A stretch of DNA of 64,000 nt from Octopus vulgaris (Eukaryota), in assembly GCA_951406725.2 (NCBI GenBank), contig OX597825.1:35278001-35342000 (forward strand), in the 5' to 3' direction. The notes below the pieces were generated by a model, which was not told the origin of the DNA, searched no databases, and saw nothing but the letters and a program-made list of their open reading frames with translations. Every line of letters starts with the position of its first letter. Position 1 is the first letter of the stretch. The position numbers and the translations under genes are program-made. Shown here piece by piece: positions 40,710 through 54,025 of this stretch.

Positions 40710-41117
40710 TACTCTTTTACTTGTTTCAGTCATTTGACTGTGGCCATGCAGGAGCACCGCCTTTAGTCGAGCAAATTGACCCCATGACTTATTCTTTGTA
40801 AGCCTAGTACTTATTCTATCAGTGTCTTTTTACCGAACCGCTAAGTTACGGGGACGTAAACACACCAGCATCAGCTGTCAAGTGATGTTGGGGGGACAAA
40901 CACAGACACACAAACAAACACACACACACATACATATATACATATATATATATACGACGGGCTTCTTTCAGTTTCCGTCTACCAAATCCACTCACAAGGC
41001 TTTGGTTGGCCCGAGGCTATAGTAGAAGACACTTACCCAAGGTACCACGCAGTGAGACTGAACCTGGAACCATGTGGTTGGTAAGCAAGCTACTTACCAC
41101 ACAGCCACTCCTACGCC
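40710..41117 (-). mobile_element. SINE family A, full length (AAAAGAGT-tail subtype)
   Basis: Near-consensus reverse copy, tail-to-tail with the previous SINE. Confidence 0.92.
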
Positions 41118-41679
41118 TGTATTAAATTTTGTTATGGTTTCCTTCTTTTTGTCTGCCACAAAACTTCCAAATGCAAAAAATCTTTAAGTATTTTCCCAGC
41201 CATAATTACAAAACCAACGAAGACAATCATGCTACATCAATATATGTAATAATACAGATAAGAAAACCACGATAAAACCAGGGCTACCTTTGTCGCACCG
41301 AATCACACTGACTCTCCCCGAGAATTAAACGCACGCTAATGCACGTACTTCCATTCATCGTACAAGTGGAGCACTCGTCATCGGATCCGCCGAATATCCA
41401 TTTACATAGCTATACATTCTTACATTGTTACTTCCTAAAGTAATTACTTACTTATATAGTTACAGCATAATACAGCCCATACGTTACATAGTTATTGTCT
41501 AATGTGCTTACTGTTCTATATAGTTACTTTCTCACATGGTCACTTTATTGTTTTTTCTTATATATTTCTTTGCTGTCTTTTCTTATATTGTTACACTTCT
41601 CATATTGTTCGTTTTTTATGTAATTATTTTCATATACCATTAGTTTCTGTAGTAGTTAATTTCCTTTAATAGTGCTTTT

Positions 41680-41990
41680 GAATGCAACTAACAATAAAAA
41701 AGTCAAATACTAAAAAAAACAACAAAAGTCCAAGGGACGTTCGCAGTTAATATCCTTAGACTGATGCATAATGAAGGAAAAAAAGTCACAAAATAAAAGT
41801 TAAAGAAAAAAAATATAACGTTTCGGATGTAGTCCTTCGTCAGATTTAAAGAAAAGTCACTGAAAGGGAACAAAACAGGAGAAAAAGAGATAAGAAAAGA
41901 GAGCCAGAAGAAACACACGTGGATAACTTAGAATTTTCGATTTCTGACTGATCAAATGTGTGAGATTATTGTGGTTTAAAATTTCAACAG
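41680..41990 (-). mobile_element. Penelope-like non-autonomous element with hammerhead
   Basis: Same layout as 24201; intact core at 41811-41847 and a decayed second motif CUAAGGA...GAAC-GUC at 41735-41759. Confidence 0.6.
41811..41847 (-). ncRNA. Minimal hammerhead ribozyme motif
   Basis: AAAU-CUGACGA-A-GGA-CUACA-UCC-GAAA-CG-UU-AUAUUU. Confidence 0.6.
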
Positions 41991-42013
41991 AGTGCTTGTT
42001 GCTTGTGTGTGTT

Positions 42014-42044
<31 letters not shown>

Positions 42045-42729
42045 AAATGAATGTTATATAATAACTTTAATTATAATTATTTTCTTATAGAGTAGTTATA
42101 TTATATAGTCTCTGTTTTATATAATTACTGTATTATGTATAGTTAACGTCGTAAAACAGTTACTTTCTCATATACTTCCTTACATTATTCCTTTCTATTG
42201 TAGTTACATTTTTATATATCACCCGTCTCATAGCTTGTTTCACAGTTACGTTTTATTTGCTTACATTCTAAAAATACAGATTTCTTTTTATAGTTTCGTA
42301 CTTGTCTATAACGTTCTTTACATCGTTATTCTCCTATATCGTTAATTATATAAATCTCTTATACAGTAAATGTATGGGAGATTTTCTCAAAGTAACTAAC
42401 GCAGTAAAGTTTGTTCTATCAGAACATTCGCATTTAAGTGGGGATAAGTATTACCTCTCAGTATTAAGAGTGCCTCTGTCGCAAATAAATATTTTTTTAA
42501 CAAGGTAACTGGCTAATCACGATTTTCTTATATATCGTTAGCGGGGTGATGAATCACTGCTATCTCTAGCGGTCAAGCGTGTAACATTGATAAAACCACG
42601 GAAGGTTGAAATCATGTGAACAGATGGTCGCTGCATTGGAGGTAACGGGGATTGATCTCCTTGCTAAAGCTATAAACAAGAGGGCTTTTTGCACCAAACG
42701 CCAATATGAGAATTTCTCTCATGGTATCT

Positions 42730-43183
42730 ACTGCAGTATAATTTGTTTTAACAGAACATCCACGTTTAAGCCGGGATAAATACTACTTCTCGGTATTAAC
42801 ACTGCCTCTGTGCTAATAAGTAGTTTATGTTATATGTAGAATCCCTGCCGTGAGGCTTTATTTCCACACACGCCAGCTTAATTTAATTCGTCCTTAGTCG
42901 AAAGACACCTGTTGTTATGTCCTGTTAATTGTATTTGTGTAACATTCTCCGTTTTTTTTTCTGTCCTTCTTTTCGTATACACTCGCTGCTTCCTTCCAAG
43001 GAACCTAGTGCTCTTAGCTTAGTTTTACCTTGGGGTTGGCCAGATTGGAGCAATCTCGAGTATAACCAGCCGAAATTGCAAAGATAATCTGAAACTCGAC
43101 CGAGGAAAGAAAACTCCGAATGACCCGTCCTTGTTTTCTTTGTATCGTCTATCTGGATGCTTTGCGTTCTTATTCCATTTTGC

Positions 43184-43185
<2 letters not shown>
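42730..43185 (+). mobile_element. Penelope-like 3' fragment with decayed tandem hammerhead-like motifs
   Basis: ...CAGCC-GAAA (43072), then CCGAGGA-AAGAAAACUCC-GAAU...GUC (43100); ends in (TA)n; homologous to 24015. Confidence 0.5.
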
Positions 43186-43252
<67 letters not shown>

Positions 43253-43345
43253 CAATATAAGGGTAACAAAAAATTCAAGAAAAATCTTCTGCCACCAGCG
43301 GTCAAGTGACAAAATAGAAATAGTCACAGACTATATATTATATTC

Positions 43346-43440
43346 AACAAAATATTAAGGAATGACCCTGAGAAGGTCGTTCGACTCCCTTTTCAAGTGA
43401 GTCGAACGACCTTCTCAGGGTCATTCCTTAATATTTTGTT
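43346..43440. repeat. Perfect 42-bp inverted repeat, 11-nt loop
   Basis: Arms 43346-43387 and 43399-43440 are exact reverse complements. Confidence 0.97.
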
Positions 43441-43819
43441 ATATATATATATATTCTCATATGGTTACTTTCCTGTACTTATATGCTTAAACCCTTCACT
43501 CCCTATGGAAAATTGGCCATCGACAACTTTTCTCTATAGCTCTCAACTCTGGGCTGGTCTTGTGGGTTTTGGATTGTCGTCGGTGCTTCGAGTTTTTCTA
43601 GGTACTATTGTTTGCTCTACGTAAACCCATTTTACCACTAGGGAATGGTGATTCATATTGCCTGTTCTTTATATTTTGATCTGTCCATCATGAGAAGCCC
43701 TACCAAACCTTTCGCTCCACTGGCAGGGTTCTGAAGGTCATTGAGGCACACAAGCCCCCACACCACAACATCAGCTGGACCCTATGGTGTTTGCTTTCCA
43801 ATGCAGTCTCATATTTACT

Positions 43820-44045
43820 TTCACGTATAGCTAATAAGGGTGAAGACCCACTTCAGCCGTGAATGACCATCGACTTGCACCCAGAAAGTTCCCCTCTGAG
43901 GTAAAAGACTGGGCAAGGTTGTTTATGGAAGACCAGCAGTCACCCATGCTTACCAGCCTCACCTCTCCACGCTACCAATGTTATCCAAGAGAAAGGCAAT
44001 GGTTGATACAGCTTGGCGCCAGTGACGTCGCAACTCATTTCTACT
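43820..44045 (-). mobile_element. SINE fragment with a probable Meta (MetaSINE) conserved domain
   Basis: GAAGACCAGCAGTCACCCATGC..CCTCTCCACGC..ATCCAAG.GAAAGGC..GATACAGCTTGGCGCCAGTGACGTCGCA matches my recollection of the MetaSINE central domain. Confidence 0.55.
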
Positions 44046-44388
44046 GTGTCTTTGTTTAGTATATAAACTTTCTTATGTGATTTCTTTCTGATACAGTTGC
44101 TGACTTAAATAGCTATATTCTAATGTGGTTACTGTGATATACGTACAGGCTTTCATATGTAATTTGAATTAATTTATTTATACTTTCATATGTAATTCTT
44201 ATAATATTACGTTCTTATAGTGTTACTTCATTATATAGAGACAGTTTTATATCTTTACAACGCCATACAGTTACTTTTACACATATACACTTTACTGTCT
44301 CGTTTAGTATCTATATATTTTTACACATAACTCTTACAGAGTGCCTGTCTTATAAATATTTTGGGTAAATTATCTTCTTTCTTACATA

Positions 44389-45998
44389 CAGTGGCGGCCA
44401 AAATGTTCAGAACGGCATTGTTTTCGTCAGAAAAGTCGATACAACTTTTCATCAAAGTGGTTTTATATTCTATAATTTTCACAGACAATAAATACGATAT
44501 TATTTGTTGTTGCCTGTGATTTTGGTGTAATTTGAGAGGATAATACAAAAGTTATGGATGATTTAGTGATTCACTGCAAAACCCATGGCGGCCAAAATGA
44601 TCAGAACGGTTGCTTTTACTCCGTGTTTTAGTATATTTAACCGGCGAACTCTAATGTTTTGAATTCGTTTACGTGACGGTTCGTTTACTAAACATTAGTA
44701 AGAATATTTGCAGTGTACTTTGTTGATATAATGCCACTTACTCCGTAACCAATTCGTCAGCGGATTATTAAGCTTCGAAAGAAGGATAATTTAAGTATTA
44801 GGTCTATAGCAAAGATTGTTAACAAGTCAAAAAGTGTTGTTCACGGTATTCTTAAGGTCTACGATGATTGTAGTTCGTGTGAAGCAAGAAAGTTTACAGG
44901 TAGGCCAAGAAAAACGACCAAGAGAGAAGATCGTGCTATGGACAGATTTAAAACTTCTGCTGCTGTTTCTCGGAAAATGAGCATTGTATTGAAGAAAACT
45001 TTATCTCGAAAAACTGTCTACTCGTCGTTTAGTTGAACATGACCTACAAGCAAGAGCACCTGCAGTGAAGCCACTGATCAGCTCCAAGAATAAAAAGTGT
45101 CGTCTTACCTTTGCAACCAAACATGTGTTGTGGTCTCAAGAAAAATGGCAAACGGTTCATTTCAGTGATGAATCTAAGTTTATGTTATTTGGCTCAGATG
45201 GGAAAAGGTACGTTCGTAGAAAAGTAGGTGAAAAATTGTCGCCTAAATGCCTTAAGACTAGTGTTAAATTCGATGGAGGAAGTGTCATGGTTTGGGGGAT
45301 GATATCTGGAGATAGTGTGGGCCCTTTGGTGCGATTACATGGAAAGGTAAATGCAGGAGTTTATAAACAACTTGTAAAAGATCATGTCTTGCCTGTGCTG
45401 AGAAATTCAACTAAGCGACCATACATATTCATGCAGGACAATGCCCCATGTCACAAGGCTAAGGTGGTCATGAACTTCCTTAAGGCTGAAAAGGTTATTA
45501 TTATGGATTGGCCTGCTCAAAGCCCATATCTCAATCCTATTGAAATTGTATGGAATATTCTAGGAGAACGTTCGAAAGCCAGAAATCCTAAAACAACTGA
45601 GCAATTATGGAATGCCCTTCAGGAAGAATGGAATAAGATCACCCAGCAAGAAATTTAAAATTTAATTTCCTCATGCAGTCGAAGATGTCAGAGTGTGATT
45701 GAAGCTAAAGGGCTTCACACTAAATATTAAATAATTCCAGTATTCTGTCATTTTTGATTATTTTGTTATTTTTTCAACCATTCTGATCATTTTGGCCGCC
45801 ATGGGTTTTGCAGTAAATCACTAAATCATCCATAACTTTTGTATTATCCTCTCAAATTATACCAAAATCTGAGACAATAACAATTAATATTGTATTTATT
45901 GTCTGTGAAAATTATAGAATATAAAACTACTTTGATAAAAACTTATACTTACTTTTCTGACGAAAACAATGCCGTTCTGAACATTTTGGCTGCAATTG
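44389..45998 (+). mobile_element. Full-length Tc1 transposon, copy A (IR/DR type, 1610 bp)
   Basis: About 223-bp TIRs starting CAGTGGCGGCCAAAATGTTCAGAACGG, with inner direct repeat GGCGGCCAAAATGATCAGAACGG; TA TSD. Confidence 0.95.
44731..45730 (+). pseudogene. Tc1 DD34E transposase pseudogene (copy A)
   Basis: GRPRKTT, FSDESKF, FMQDNAPCH-34aa-NPIE; stop at 44746, +1 frameshift near 45019, stop at 45656. Confidence 0.93.
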
Positions 45999-46084
45999 TA
46001 GTTTCTTTCTGATAGGATTGCTTTTATATATAGTTACTTATATACGTCAACTTATATCTGTATTTTATTATTATATCTCCTTAT

Positions 46085-46715
46085 AAGATGACGAGCTTGC
46101 AAACTCGTTGATGAATCAACCTAACCCCTACCACAAAATTTCTGGGCTTGTGCCAAAGTTTGAAACATTTATCCTGACATGTCAGAGGGCGGCGAGCTGG
46201 CAGAATCGTTAGCACGCCAGATACAATGCTTAGCGCCATTTCAACCATTTTTACTTTCTGAGATTAGATTCTATTGAGTCTACTTTCTCTTTCATCCTTT
46301 TGGGGTCGATGAAATAAGTACCAGTTGGGCACTGTGGTCGATGTAAACGATTAGTCCCCTCTCTACAAAACTTCTGGCCTTAAGCCTATTGTAGAAAGGA
46401 ATATTATAGCATCCCAGATACGGCCGAATGGTTAAGATGTTCACTTAGTAGTAAGAAGCTTCGGTTTCGATTTCAGTGATTGGTATCGTGGGTGAGCATC
46501 TTTAAAAAGGCAGCGAGATCGCAAAATCGTTACATCGCCGGACAAAATGCTTAGCAGTATTTCTTTATTTTTTAAGTTCAAATTCCGCCGTGGTCGACTT
46601 TGCCTTATTTCCATTCGGGTCGATAAAATAAGTACCAGTCAAGCACTGAGTCAATATAATTGGCTAACTCCCTCCCCACAAAATTTCAAGCCTTGTACGC
46701 ATACCAAATAGGACT
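46085..46715 (+). mobile_element. Cluster of three same-orientation family B SINEs (about 46085-46170 deleted, 46188-46405, 46509-46715) plus a tRNA-like head at about 46415-46500
   Basis: Repeated GGCGAGCTGGCAGAATCGTTAGC...GGTCGATAAAATAAGTACCAGT blocks. Confidence 0.75.
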
Positions 46716-46959
46716 ATTATAATTACTATTTTAACTCGTTACTTTCTTATAATGTAATTACTTTCTGATATAATTCATTCGTTATATATTTCCTTTCACG
46801 TATAGTTTTACGTTATTAGATAATTACAGCACTTTAGAATTACTTTCATATTTAATTACATTGTTCTATAAATAATGCCTCATATTGTCTCAATCTTAAA
46901 CGACTATTATATAGAGTTACATTCTTATTTACTGCCTTGTATAGCTAATGTTAGTATCA

Positions 46960-47325
46960 TCTTTTATTCTCTTAATGGGTTTTTTTGTCATTGGACTGCG
47001 GCCAAGCTGGGATACCGCCTTGACGGTTTTAGTCGAACAAATCGACCCCGATACGTATTTTTAAACCTGGTACATATTCTGTTGCTTTCCTTTGCCGGAC
47101 CGTTAGCTACGGAGACGTAAACAAACCAACTACGGTTGTCAAGCGGAGATAGGGGACAGACAGCCACAGACAGATACACACATATATGACAGGATTCCAC
47201 ACAGTTTGCGAGTACCAAATTCAATCAAAAGGTGTTGTTGTCACCAAGGATTATAGCAGAAAACACATGCACTGAACTCGAAGCAACGTGCTTGCAAAGC
47301 GAGAGCTTTAACCACACAGCCATAC
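46960..47325 (-). mobile_element. SINE family A
   Basis: GACTGCGGCCAAGCTGGG...AACCACACAGCCAT. Confidence 0.75.
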
Positions 47326-47454
47326 TTTGCTTTTATATATAGCAACTTTATTGTATAGTGCTTAAGTAGTCATAAATAGTTAATGTTCTAAATGGTTAAT
47401 TTCTCGTATGGTTCCTTTCTTTACCATCTCATATTGTTACTCTCTGATATCTTC

Positions 47455-47627
47455 CATCTTTTTTCTTTTACTTGTTTCAGTCATAAGACTGCGGCCATGC
47501 TGGGGCATCACAATGATGAACTTTAATAGAACGAATCGAATCCTGTACTTCTTTAATTGTTTTAAAACCATTTTTTTCGTCTTTATCGGCATCTTTAATC
47601 GAACCGCTAGGTTACGGGAATTAAACA
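47455..47627 (-). mobile_element. SINE family A, 3' fragment
   Basis: TTTTACTTGTTTCAGTCATAAGACTGCGGCCATGCTGGGGCA. Confidence 0.75.
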
Positions 47628-47699
47628 CTTTAATTTGTCATATTTTAATCCAAATACTGCTCTGTGTTTCGCTCCATTTGTGGAAGATCCATTATGACC

Positions 47700-48091
47700 C
47701 ACCATATATTGAAATCCCAGATTTTTACTGTAGTTCAAATATGAAACAAACATTAAAAATTGCCTCCCAATCCATTAGAAGTGCTTATCAGAATCATGAA
47801 ACACTTTTTAAGATTGTAAATCCATATTACTTGCTACATGTTGGTTTTTATCTCCTCAAAAAGGAATTAGACATCCTTCTCTCCACAATGCCGGATGAAC
47901 CAACAGCCTAACATGAGGTACAGACGAGGGCTGAGGAATCAACCTCAATTATACATCAAATATACCAACAGCTGGGAAAGGCACATACAGGGGTGGTGAT
48001 GTGAAACACCCAGACTGAGGAAGTCAGTAAGACCATGGTTGTGCTCCAGCATGACCACAGCCGCATGGCTGAAACGAGTAAAAGAGTAAAA

Positions 48092-48092
<1 letters not shown>
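47700..48092 (+). mobile_element. CR1-clade LINE 3' fragment, second subfamily, (GAGTAAAA)n tail
   Basis: [36 protein letters not shown] aligns with the 21811-21960 C-terminus; ends GTGCTCCAGCATGACCACAGCC..GGCTGAAACGAGTAAAAGAGTAAAAG. Confidence 0.75.
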
Positions 48093-48131
<39 letters not shown>

Positions 48132-48174
48132 ACATACATATACATATATAAGTATATATGTATGTATGTATGTA

Positions 48175-48227
<53 letters not shown>

Positions 48228-48549
48228 CATATATTATATATATACATTATATATTATATACCTACATATATAATATATATATATAATATACATACATACA
48301 TACATATATATATATGTGTGTGTATATATATATATATACAGTATTGATCAAAAGTCACATGACAGTAAATTAAAACCATTTAATTCCAATATTTATTTAT
48401 GTTTAACAACCGAATGAATTTAATAAAAGCATCTAGATATGAAACATCATGAAAATTGTTGAAACTGAAATCCTTCTTAAGTTTCACCATTTTCCCAAAT
48501 GAATAACTAAAACTGAAGCTTGATTTACTTTCTGGTAAATAAATATATA

Positions 48550-48795
48550 GTTAATTCAAATAAAGAAACAATAAAAAAGAACAGGAAAAAAGAAAGAAAG
48601 AAAATAACCAACGCGAGGACGTACACAAGAACTGTATTAATTAGACGCTGGGTGAAAGGAAAGAGCTGTTGTTAACGTTTCGAGCATAGCTCTTCATCGG
48701 AAACCGGTAAGTCAAAAGAGAAAAAAGGAAAAATTAGGAATAATCGCCAACAGCCCACTTGCGGTTGCATTTCTGAATTGAGCGAAAATAGAAGG

Positions 48796-48797
<2 letters not shown>
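48550..48797 (-). mobile_element. Penelope-like non-autonomous element with hammerhead variant (48671-48703)
   Basis: Homologous to 24201 (AACGCGAGGACGT, ATCGCCAAC..GCGGT); core UUU-CCGAUGA-A-GAGC-UAU-GCUC-GAAA-CG-UU-AAC. Confidence 0.7.
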
Positions 48798-48845
<48 letters not shown>

Positions 48846-48962
48846 ACACACACATACATACATACATACATAATACATACATACATACATACATACATAC
48901 ATACATACATACATACATGCATACATACATACATAGCTACATACATACATATATATATATAT

Positions 48963-49013
<51 letters not shown>

Positions 49014-49090
49014 CATACATATTGTTAACAAAAGTCGGGTTGCTTGGCGTTCAGTTATTGTATAAATGAAAAATGCATTAAATACAAAAC

Positions 49091-49275
49091 GTACACGTAG
49101 GGGGCAGACACCAGAACCCTAATACTTCATCAATTATCGACCAAAAAACACTAATACCTAGTTTCGTGACTTTAGCGATAAGGCATGAAACTAAGTATAA
49201 AGCATGAAATAAAAGTACTTTTCGGTCGATAACTGATGAAGTATTAGGATTCTGATGTTTGTCCCTTACGTGTAC
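49091..49275. repeat. Imperfect ~57-bp inverted repeat containing CTGATGAAG, with an internal hairpin
   Basis: GTACACGTAGGGGGCAGACACCAGAACCCTAATACTTCATCAATTATCGACC versus the reverse complement of 49219-49275. Confidence 0.85.
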
Positions 49276-49301
49276 TTTCTATATATATATATATATATAT
49301 A

Positions 49302-50585
49302 TTAGGTCATCCCATAAGTTTTGTCCGAATTTTAAATAATGAAAACAAGTGATCAAATGTTATATTTAATTGGAATTTAATCATCAATGTACTTTCCCTG
49401 ATTATCTATGACTTCCTGCCATATGTTTACAAGCGTTTTAATCCCATCAATGTTATACTCTTTTGGTTTCAAAGCGAAGAACTCTGAAATGTCAGTTTCG
49501 ACCTCCTCCTGACTTACGAAATTTATGTCCCTCAAATGATTCCGTAAACTATGAAACAAATGGTAGACTGAAGGAGCAAGGTCGGGAGAATAAGGTGGAT
49601 AAGGAATTTTTCCCCAATCAAGCTCTTCGATCTTCTGTGAGTGATCTTTGCAGTGTGGGGTCACGCATTATCGTGACGAAACATCACTCCTTTTCGATTC
49701 ACTAAAGCGGGTCTACTTTTCTTCAAAGCTTGGTTCAAACGCTGTAATTGCTGACAGTAGACTTGAGCATTGATTGTTGCATTAGATGATAACAATTCAA
49801 AGTGAATTACTCCTTTGCAATCCCACCAGATCGAGAGAAGACCCTTTTTCCCATGAAGTACCCGTCTCGGTTGGGGTTGAGCCTTTTCCCTTTTATCAGG
49901 CCACTGTTTACAACGTTTAACATTTCGATAGAAGATCCATTTTTCGTCACCAGTCACAAGTCTATCCAAAAAGGATGAAATGAGTACGCGAGAATGGAGA
50001 GAAGAGCAGATGTCAACTCGGGATTTGTGGTTGCTTTTGGACAATTCATGAAGCAACCATTTTCCATGTTTAGGAACCTTTCCAAATTGTTGAAGATGAC
50101 GATGAACAGTTATATGGTTTGAACTAAGCTTTACTACCAATTCTTCAACTGATAATGCAGGATTTTCTTCAAGTAATGCCTCAAGAAGCTTATCATCAAA
50201 CTCAGCTGGACGTCCTGTTCGATCTTCATCTTCAAGGCTGAAATCTCCATTTCTGAATTTTGCAAACCATCGTCTGCAAGTTCTTTTATTCAAGCATTCT
50301 TTCCCATAAACTGAGTGTATGTTTCAAGTCGCTTCGGCTGCAGAGTTTGCTTTTTTGTACTCATAAAGCATTATGTGCTTCAAATGCTCTTTGGATACTT
50401 CCATGTTAGAAAGGGTTTTTAATCAACGAAATTTCAATTCTATTATTCTGTAAAATAATATTTAATTAGTTTAAATGTACACAAATGCATAAAAATAATT
50501 TTTAATTCCATTAGACATTCTATAATACTTTTAAATTTCATTCAATTTTCAAACAGGTAAAATCAGACAGAACTTATGGGATGAC

Positions 50586-50589
<4 letters not shown>
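49302..50589 (-). mobile_element. Full-length mariner transposon (1288 bp), TTAGGT-type TIR
   Basis: TIRs T(T/C)AGGTCATCCCATAAGTT(T/C)TGTC; inserted in (TA)n. Confidence 0.95.
49377..50404 (-). pseudogene. Mariner DD34D transposase pseudogene
   Basis: MEVSKEHLKHIMLYEY..T*, WLLHEL, VTGDEKW, HDNA*, YSPDLAPSV (third D mutated to V); two stops and a frameshift. Confidence 0.93.
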
Positions 50590-50648
<59 letters not shown>

Positions 50649-50689
50649 ATGTGTGTGTGTGTGTGTGTGTGTATGTGTGTGTGTGCATA

Positions 50690-50868
50690 TGTAGGCACAG
50701 GTCGTCACAAAACGTAAACAACAAAAATACGAAGTACGAGGACATGATGGAATATGCACTATTTTGCAAGCAACGAAAGAAACAAATGGAAAACAAGACA
50801 AACAACACAAAGAACGACCCTTCATCAGTTGTCGGCTGTTTATCTAATCCGTATTTCGAGCATTATAC
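50690..50868 (-). mobile_element. Penelope-like 3' fragment (GAAA...CUGAUGA type)
   Basis: On -: GCUC-GAAA-UACGG..., CUGAUGAAGGG 25 nt later, then a U/G-rich tail like those at 54700 and 58160. Confidence 0.55.
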
Positions 50869-50897
50869 ATGTGTGTGTGTTGATATATGCATAGTTA

Positions 50898-52445
<1,548 letters not shown>

Positions 52446-52591
52446 AGCACATACATACATACATATATAATAGTATGTATGAGGGATGCGTGGAGTCTGT
52501 GTGTGTATGTATGCACGCACTCAGACTCCACGCATACACACACTTAGAAAGAGAGAGAGAGAGAGAGGGAGGGGTACAGACAGACAGACAA

Positions 52592-52654
<63 letters not shown>

Positions 52655-53262
52655 CGGGTGGAAGCAGATGTTTGTGAAAGCTGAAATGGGAAGACGAATC
52701 GTATGTAACTTGTAAAAGAAAAATACTGCAGTCACTGCGTAGTTAAACCGTATTTTTTCGAGATGGCAGTATGAATGACACAGAGAAAAAAAAACTTTGA
52801 TGTTGAGATGGGAGAACTGGAACATATTTCCTTTTTTCTGCCGGCATTTACACTGTTGAGCACTTCTAGGTGATGATGTAGGAGACAATAAGGAAGAAAA
52901 TTATCGAAAATCTTGTAAAGTAATCTTTCACAGTGCGAAAATTATGTAGAATGTGCACGAGATTGGATGTGTGTATGTGGTTGTGTTTGTGTTAGAGTTG
53001 TTTTTAACTGTCAGTACAATGCAAGTAGGGAAAATATGCGTAGGCTCTTTTTTCGCTTGATTCACGAAATGAAAGACAAAACAGTTTGCAAAAGCTACCA
53101 ACTTTTCACCATCTTCTATTTCTTTATTGATAAACGGTCTCTGTCTAACCCCTGAATATTGAAAAAGCAGTAAACTGTGAACTGTATGTTTTACTTCGTT
53201 TTTCACTTGATTATTTCCAGCATGGCTTTCCAAAACAATTTTAACAACTCCGTCTCATAATG

Positions 53263-53325
53263 CTATATTCAAAGTATACAACTGTATATTCAAAGTATAC
53301 AGTCAAAGTATATTCAAAGTATACA
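53263..53325. repeat. Three copies of a ~21-24 bp unit, TATATTCAAAGTATACA
   Basis: Directly visible tandem repeat. Confidence 0.8.
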
Positions 53326-53580
53326 CCCACCAACACGTATATAAAGATATATATATATATATATACATGTGACCTTCCCAAAGTACATGTGTATGTGTGT
53401 GTGTGTGTGTGTGGTTTACGTCATGCACAATGCCTGTCATGTTCACAAAAGATGTAGGTTCGCGTTCAACGGGCCACCTTCAACTTTTGCCAGCCAAAGG
53501 GTGCCTTAAGCCAATATTCTACATGTTATTTTTTATAGCTTCATCTACTTCGACTTCCACCGTTAATATATACATATATA

Positions 53581-53712
53581 TGCATGCGTAGCTGTGTGGT
53601 AAGAAGCTTGTTTTCCAAACAAATGGTTAGGGTTCAGTTCCACTGCGTGGCACATTCAGCAAGTGACTTCTATTAAAGCTTTTGGAAGACGTAAACTGAA
53701 AGAAGCCCGTCG

Positions 53713-53766
<54 letters not shown>

Positions 53767-53779
53767 TGCGTGTGCGTGC

Positions 53780-53820
<41 letters not shown>

Positions 53821-54025
53821 CCTGTCATTTTGTCTGAGTTTGTTCCAACTCCAGCGCTTCAAAACTGGTTTTGGTGTGTTTACGTCCCCGTGATTTAGCG
53901 AGGAATAAGTACCAGGTTTATAAGTGTACTGGGGTCAAGTGGATCGATCTGTTCGACCAAAAGATTTTCAAGGCGGTGCTCCAGCATGGCTGCAGCCTAA
54001 TGATAGAAGCAAATAAAAAATAAAA
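53581..54025 (+). mobile_element. SINE family A
   Basis: GCTGTGTGGTAAGAAGCTTG...GAAAGAAGCCCGTCG...GGCGGTGCTCCAGCATGGCTGCAG. Confidence 0.85.

Noticed and set aside
48340-48545. TA-CAGTATTGATCAAAAGT Tc1-like terminus
   Set aside because: No matching second TIR or transposase remnant found
53263-53325. Short repeats with variable spacers (CRISPR-like appearance)
   Set aside because: Spacers are only 4-7 nt, eukaryotic context, no cas genes
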